Below are positions 7,109 to 10,555 of a stretch of DNA of 10,555 nucleotides, piece by piece. Source of the stretch: an uncultured Janthinobacterium sp. GTDB taxonomy: Bacteria; Vulcanimicrobiota; Vulcanimicrobiia; Vulcanimicrobiales; Vulcanimicrobiaceae. Below the pieces are notes generated by a model. It had not been told where the DNA came from. It saw nothing but the letters and a program-made list of their open reading frames with translations, and did not search any database. Numbering within the stretch: position 1 is the first letter of the stretch; the number at the start of each line of letters is the position of its first letter. The translations under genes were made by a program, and so were the position numbers. The stretch is from NCBI GenBank assembly GCA_964658025.1, contig CAZZXB010000066.1, forward strand, positions 1-10,555, read 5' to 3'.

Positions 7109-7147
7109 GCGCATGGCCGAGCGGCGGTCGTCGCGAATCCGAACCGG

Positions 7148-7813
7148 ATGGCGCGCCGACTCACGAAGCTCGTTCCCGATAAACGGAGCGTTGCGACACC
7201 CCCGGAGCCGCGCGTCCGACGACGCCGGTTGGGCGCGGCGGATGCGCGCGAGGTGATCCTCGCCGCCGCGGAAACGTTGCTGATCCGCTTCGGTCCCGAG
7301 GGGCTCCGCCTCACCGAGATCGCGTCGCAAGCGGGCGTGACGCATCCGAACGTCCTGTACCATTTCGGGAGCGTCGCGGAATTGCAGCGACAACTCGCGC
7401 AACGCGTCGCCGTACGACTCGCCGACGACGTCGCGCGGGTGTTCACGCTCGACGGCGGCTCGGCGATGCCGACCGAACGCGTCGTCGCGGCGGTCTTCTC
7501 CGTCTTCGACGAGCGCGGTTACGCGCGTCTGCTCGCGTGGCTCGTGCTCTCGGGGAACGAGCCCGACTTCAAAGCGCTCGAGGCGAATCTCGAATTCCTA
7601 CGCGCGGCGATCACGACCCATCCCGCGCTTCGCGGCGAGTCGGGAGCGCGCACCCGCGCGCTCGTCGTGCCCGCGATCAAGCTCGTGGTCGTCGCCGCGA
7701 TCGGCTACGGCCTGACGGGGCACGTCGTCGACGGATTCTTCTCGAAGGAACACGACGAGCCGGGCGTTCCCGCGTTCCTGGGCGACCTGCTCGCGGGCAA
7801 GTCGCTCCGCTAA
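7148..7813 (+). CDS. TetR/AcrR family transcriptional regulator
   Basis: HTH region REVILAAAETLLIRFGPEGLRLTEIASQAGVTHPNVLYHFGS. The exact start codon is uncertain. Confidence 0.93.
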   Translation: MARRLTKLVPDKRSVATPPEPRVRRRRLGAADAREVILAAAETLLIRFGPEGLRLTEIASQAGVTHPNVLYHFGSVAELQRQLAQRVAVRLADDVARVFTLDGGSAMPTERVVAAVFSVFDERGYARLLAWLVLSGNEPDFKALEANLEFLRAAITTHPALRGESGARTRALVVPAIKLVVVAAIGYGLTGHVVDGFFSKEHDEPGVPAFLGDLLAGKSLR

Positions 7814-7826
7814 CGACGCCGTTCCG

Positions 7827-9386
7827 CTAGTTCGCGGAAACCTTCGTCGAGCCGTTCTGCTTCGCGCCGCCGTTACTCGAACCGTTCGAGCCTCTGGCGG
7901 CGTCTTCGACGAGCGCGACGAACGCGCGCACGGGATAACCCGTCGGGCCCTTCGCGAGCCACGCGGTTTCGGCGTCCGTGTAGGCGGCGCCGGCGATGTC
8001 GAGATGGATCCACGGCACGTCTCCGACGAACGCCTTGAGGAACGCCGCCGCCGTCAGGCTCCCCGCGGGGCGACCCGTGCTATTGCGGAGATCGGCGATC
8101 TCGCTCTTGACCGTGTTCGAGAACTCGTCGTAGAGCGGGAGCGGCCAGTACCGCTCGGTCGTCGTCTTCGAGACGTCGATGAAGTGGTCGCGAAACGCGT
8201 CGTCGTTGGAGATCGTGCCCGTCGCGCTGTGTCCGAGCGTGACGACCATCGCGCCCGTGAGCGTCGCGGCGTCGACGATCTTCGTCGCGCCGAGCTCGCG
8301 CGCGTAACAGAGGGCGTCCGCGAGGATGAGCCGACCCTCGGCGTCGGTGTTGATGACCTCGATCGTCTTGCCGTTCATCGCGCGCAGGATATCGCCCGGC
8401 TTCATCGCGCGCGGCCCGGGGAGGTTCTCGCTCGAGGGCACGATGCCGATCACGTTGAGCTTCGGCTTGAACTGCGCGATGACGGACATCGCCGCGATCA
8501 CGCCCGCGCCGCCGCACATGTCGTACTTCATCTCGTGCATGTTCTCGGCGGGTTTGATCGAGATGCCGCCCGAGTCGAAGGTGAGGCCCTTGCCGACGAG
8601 CGCGAGCTTCTCGCTCGAACTCGGATCGCCGCGGTACTCCATGACGATCATCTTGGCGGGTTCGTCGCTGCCGCGCGAGACGCCGAGGATCGATCCCATG
8701 CCCTTCGCGAGCATCTGTTCTTCGTCGAGCGCGTGAAAGGCGAGGCCGTATTTTTCGCTGAGCGACTGGGCCGCGTTCGCCATGTGCGTCGGGGTCATGT
8801 CGTTCGCGGGCGTGAGCGCGAGGATACGCGCGAAGTTCACCGCCTCGCCGATGATCCGTCCGCGTTCGGCGCCGCGTTCGAGCGCGGCGCGATCGAGTTC
8901 CACGTCGCCCGCCGTCGTGACGATCGCGATCTCGTCGAGCACGATCGGCTTGTCGGGTTCGGTGCGATACGTCGTCGCGTCGATCGTCGCGCCGAGCGCG
9001 CCCTCCACGACGAACGCCGCCGCGTGTTCGGCGAACGCCGCCGCCTCGGTCGGCAGGGCGAACGCGAACGCCCGTACGTTGCGCTTCCCGAGGTAGCGGA
9101 CCGCGATGCCCGCGTACTTCGCGAGCGCGGACGGCTGCAGTTTCGCGCGGTCGCCGAGCCCGACGACGAGCACGCGTTTGGTTCCGAGATTCGCCGCATG
9201 CAACAGGACGACGTCGCCCGAGGCGCCTTTGATCTCGCCGACGGCGAACGCGTCGGAGATCGCTCCGCCGAGCGCGTCGTCGGCGGCTTTCGCCGCACCG
9301 TCGAGCGCGGCGCCCGTGAAGACGGGGACGACGAGCGCTCCGTCGCGAGCTTCGGCGGGAGCGCCCGTCGTAACGTGGATTTGCAT
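7827..9386 (-). CDS. pepA: Leucyl (cytosol) aminopeptidase, peptidase family M17
   Basis: LVGKGLTFDSGGISIK, MKYDMCGGA, EVINTDAEGRLILADAL, ATLTGA and WIHLDIAG. RBS GAAAGG on the minus strand (9393-9398), 6 nt before the ATG. Confidence 0.98.
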   Translation of the reverse strand: MQIHVTTGAPAEARDGALVVPVFTGAALDGAAKAADDALGGAISDAFAVGEIKGASGDVVLLHAANLGTKRVLVVGLGDRAKLQPSALAKYAGIAVRYLGKRNVRAFAFALPTEAAAFAEHAAAFVVEGALGATIDATTYRTEPDKPIVLDEIAIVTTAGDVELDRAALERGAERGRIIGEAVNFARILALTPANDMTPTHMANAAQSLSEKYGLAFHALDEEQMLAKGMGSILGVSRGSDEPAKMIVMEYRGDPSSSEKLALVGKGLTFDSGGISIKPAENMHEMKYDMCGGAGVIAAMSVIAQFKPKLNVIGIVPSSENLPGPRAMKPGDILRAMNGKTIEVINTDAEGRLILADALCYARELGATKIVDAATLTGAMVVTLGHSATGTISNDDAFRDHFIDVSKTTTERYWPLPLYDEFSNTVKSEIADLRNSTGRPAGSLTAAAFLKAFVGDVPWIHLDIAGAAYTDAETAWLAKGPTGYPVRAFVALVEDAARGSNGSSNGGAKQNGSTKVSAN

Positions 9387-9421
9387 GACCGGCCTTTCGA
9401 GGAGTGGAACGGGCGCACGAG

Positions 9422-10495
9422 ATGAACGACTCCGAAGAAGTTTTGCGAAGCGCGGAAGAAGCCCCCCTAAGCGATGCCTACGCGCGCGCGGGCGTCGACA
9501 TCTCGGCCGGCAATGCGGCGGTCGCTCGCTATCGCGACGTGACGGCGGCGTGGCGTCACCCCAATCAGCTCGGCGCGATCGGCGGCTTCAGCGGGCTGTT
9601 CAAGTTACCGAACGACGGCGATCGCGTGCTCGTCGGCTCGGCCGACGGCGTCGGCACGAAGATCCTCATCGCGGCCGAACTCGCGCGCTACGATACCGTC
9701 GGATCGGATCTCGTCAATCACTGCGTCAACGACATCCTCGTCGTCGGCGCGACGCCGCTCTTCTTTCTCGATTACCTCGCGGTCGGAAAACTCGATCCCG
9801 ACGTCGCGGGCGCCGTCGTCGCGGGCGTCCAGCGCGCGTGTCGCGCGCACGATTGCGCGCTGCTCGGCGGCGAGACGGCGGAGATGCCGGGTCTGTACGC
9901 GCCGGGACACTTCGATCTCGCGGGGACGATCGTCGGCAGCGTACGCGAATCGGAGATGCCCGATCCCGCGCGCGTGCGCGCGGGCGACGCGATCGTCGGT
10001 CTGCCCGCGATCGGCCTCCACACGAACGGCTACTCGCTCGCGCGCTCGTTGCTCGCGCGCGACGAGTGGGAGGCGCCGTTTCCGGCCGCGGGGCCCGGCG
10101 TCACGTACGCCGACGCGTTGCTCGCCGAACACCCGTCGTACGCCGAGTCGGTCCGCGCGATCCGCGCCGTCGCCGACGTGCGATCGATGGCGCACATCAC
10201 GGGCGGCGGACTGCTCGAGAACGTTCCGCGGACCTTACCGCCCGAGTGCAAGGCCGTGTTCGAACAGGCGCGCTGGAGCGTGCCGCCGCTCGAAGCCGAA
10301 CTCGTTCGGCGCGGCGGCCTCTCCGTCGCGGAACGATACCGAACGCTCAACATGGGCGTCGGCTTCACGCTCGTCGTGCCGCTCGGCGATGCGGCGAAAG
10401 CCAAGAACGCGGTTCCGGGCGCGGCGATCGTCGGCTGGGTCGAGACGCGCGTCGGCGACGAACCGCAGGTCGTCGTCCATCCCCTTCGCGATTAG
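9422..10495 (+). CDS. purM: Phosphoribosylformylglycinamidine cyclo-ligase (AIR synthetase)
   Basis: AYARAGVDI, IGGFSGLF, DGVGTK, DLVNHCVND, PLFFLDY, LLGGETAEMPG, GLHTNGYSL, MAHITGGGLLENVPR and TLNMGVG. The start is uncertain (GTG 9404, ATG 9422 or TTG 9443). Confidence 0.98.
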   Translation: MNDSEEVLRSAEEAPLSDAYARAGVDISAGNAAVARYRDVTAAWRHPNQLGAIGGFSGLFKLPNDGDRVLVGSADGVGTKILIAAELARYDTVGSDLVNHCVNDILVVGATPLFFLDYLAVGKLDPDVAGAVVAGVQRACRAHDCALLGGETAEMPGLYAPGHFDLAGTIVGSVRESEMPDPARVRAGDAIVGLPAIGLHTNGYSLARSLLARDEWEAPFPAAGPGVTYADALLAEHPSYAESVRAIRAVADVRSMAHITGGGLLENVPRTLPPECKAVFEQARWSVPPLEAELVRRGGLSVAERYRTLNMGVGFTLVVPLGDAAKAKNAVPGAAIVGWVETRVGDEPQVVVHPLRD

Positions 10496-10555
10496 TGTCC
10501 CGTTTGCGACGTCGCGCGATAGGCGGCGGCCCGAGCGCGCCGTGCGACGGGTGCG

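Noticed and set aside
6182..7826. Diiron-like gene plus tetR cassette as a mobile element
   Set aside because: No transposase, integrase, terminal inverted repeats or target-site duplication seen, and codon style is broadly host-like.
9440..9462. GTTTT...GCGGAAGAAGC as a third copy of the GCGGGWAGAACG element
   Set aside because: It lacks the GGG, the spacing to GTTT is too short, it lies in probable purM coding sequence and no start codon follows at the matching distance.
1..10555. CRISPR arrays, tRNA/rRNA genes or tandem repeat arrays
   Set aside because: All intergenic gaps are about 110 bp or shorter and show no repeat-spacer pattern or cloverleaf.

Overview
GC-rich, CpG-rich bacterial chromosomal window carrying a fragmented de novo purine biosynthesis cluster: the 3' end of a probable PurP-family gene, mscL, guaA, purD, a small secreted hypothetical protein, a Bax inhibitor-1/YccA membrane protein, purF, a ferritin-like 'metal-dependent hydrolase' plus TetR cassette, pepA on the opposite strand, and purM. 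The sequence style suggests a soil lineage such as Eremiobacterota, but that is a guess. The most interesting signal is not in the ORF track: bases 1-105 encode a C-terminus that resembles the mainly archaeal formate/ATP-dependent FAICAR synthetase PurP, and purN does not follow purM, which hints at folate-independent purine formylation in a bacterium. Other signals are a shared GCGGGWAGAACG..CGCATG element before the two genes between purD and purF, a likely leaderless TetR-controlled promoter driving an AurF-like diiron protein, a zinc-ribbon-tailed MscL, and pepA lying antisense between purF and purM. I saw no RNA genes, CRISPR arrays or mobile elements.
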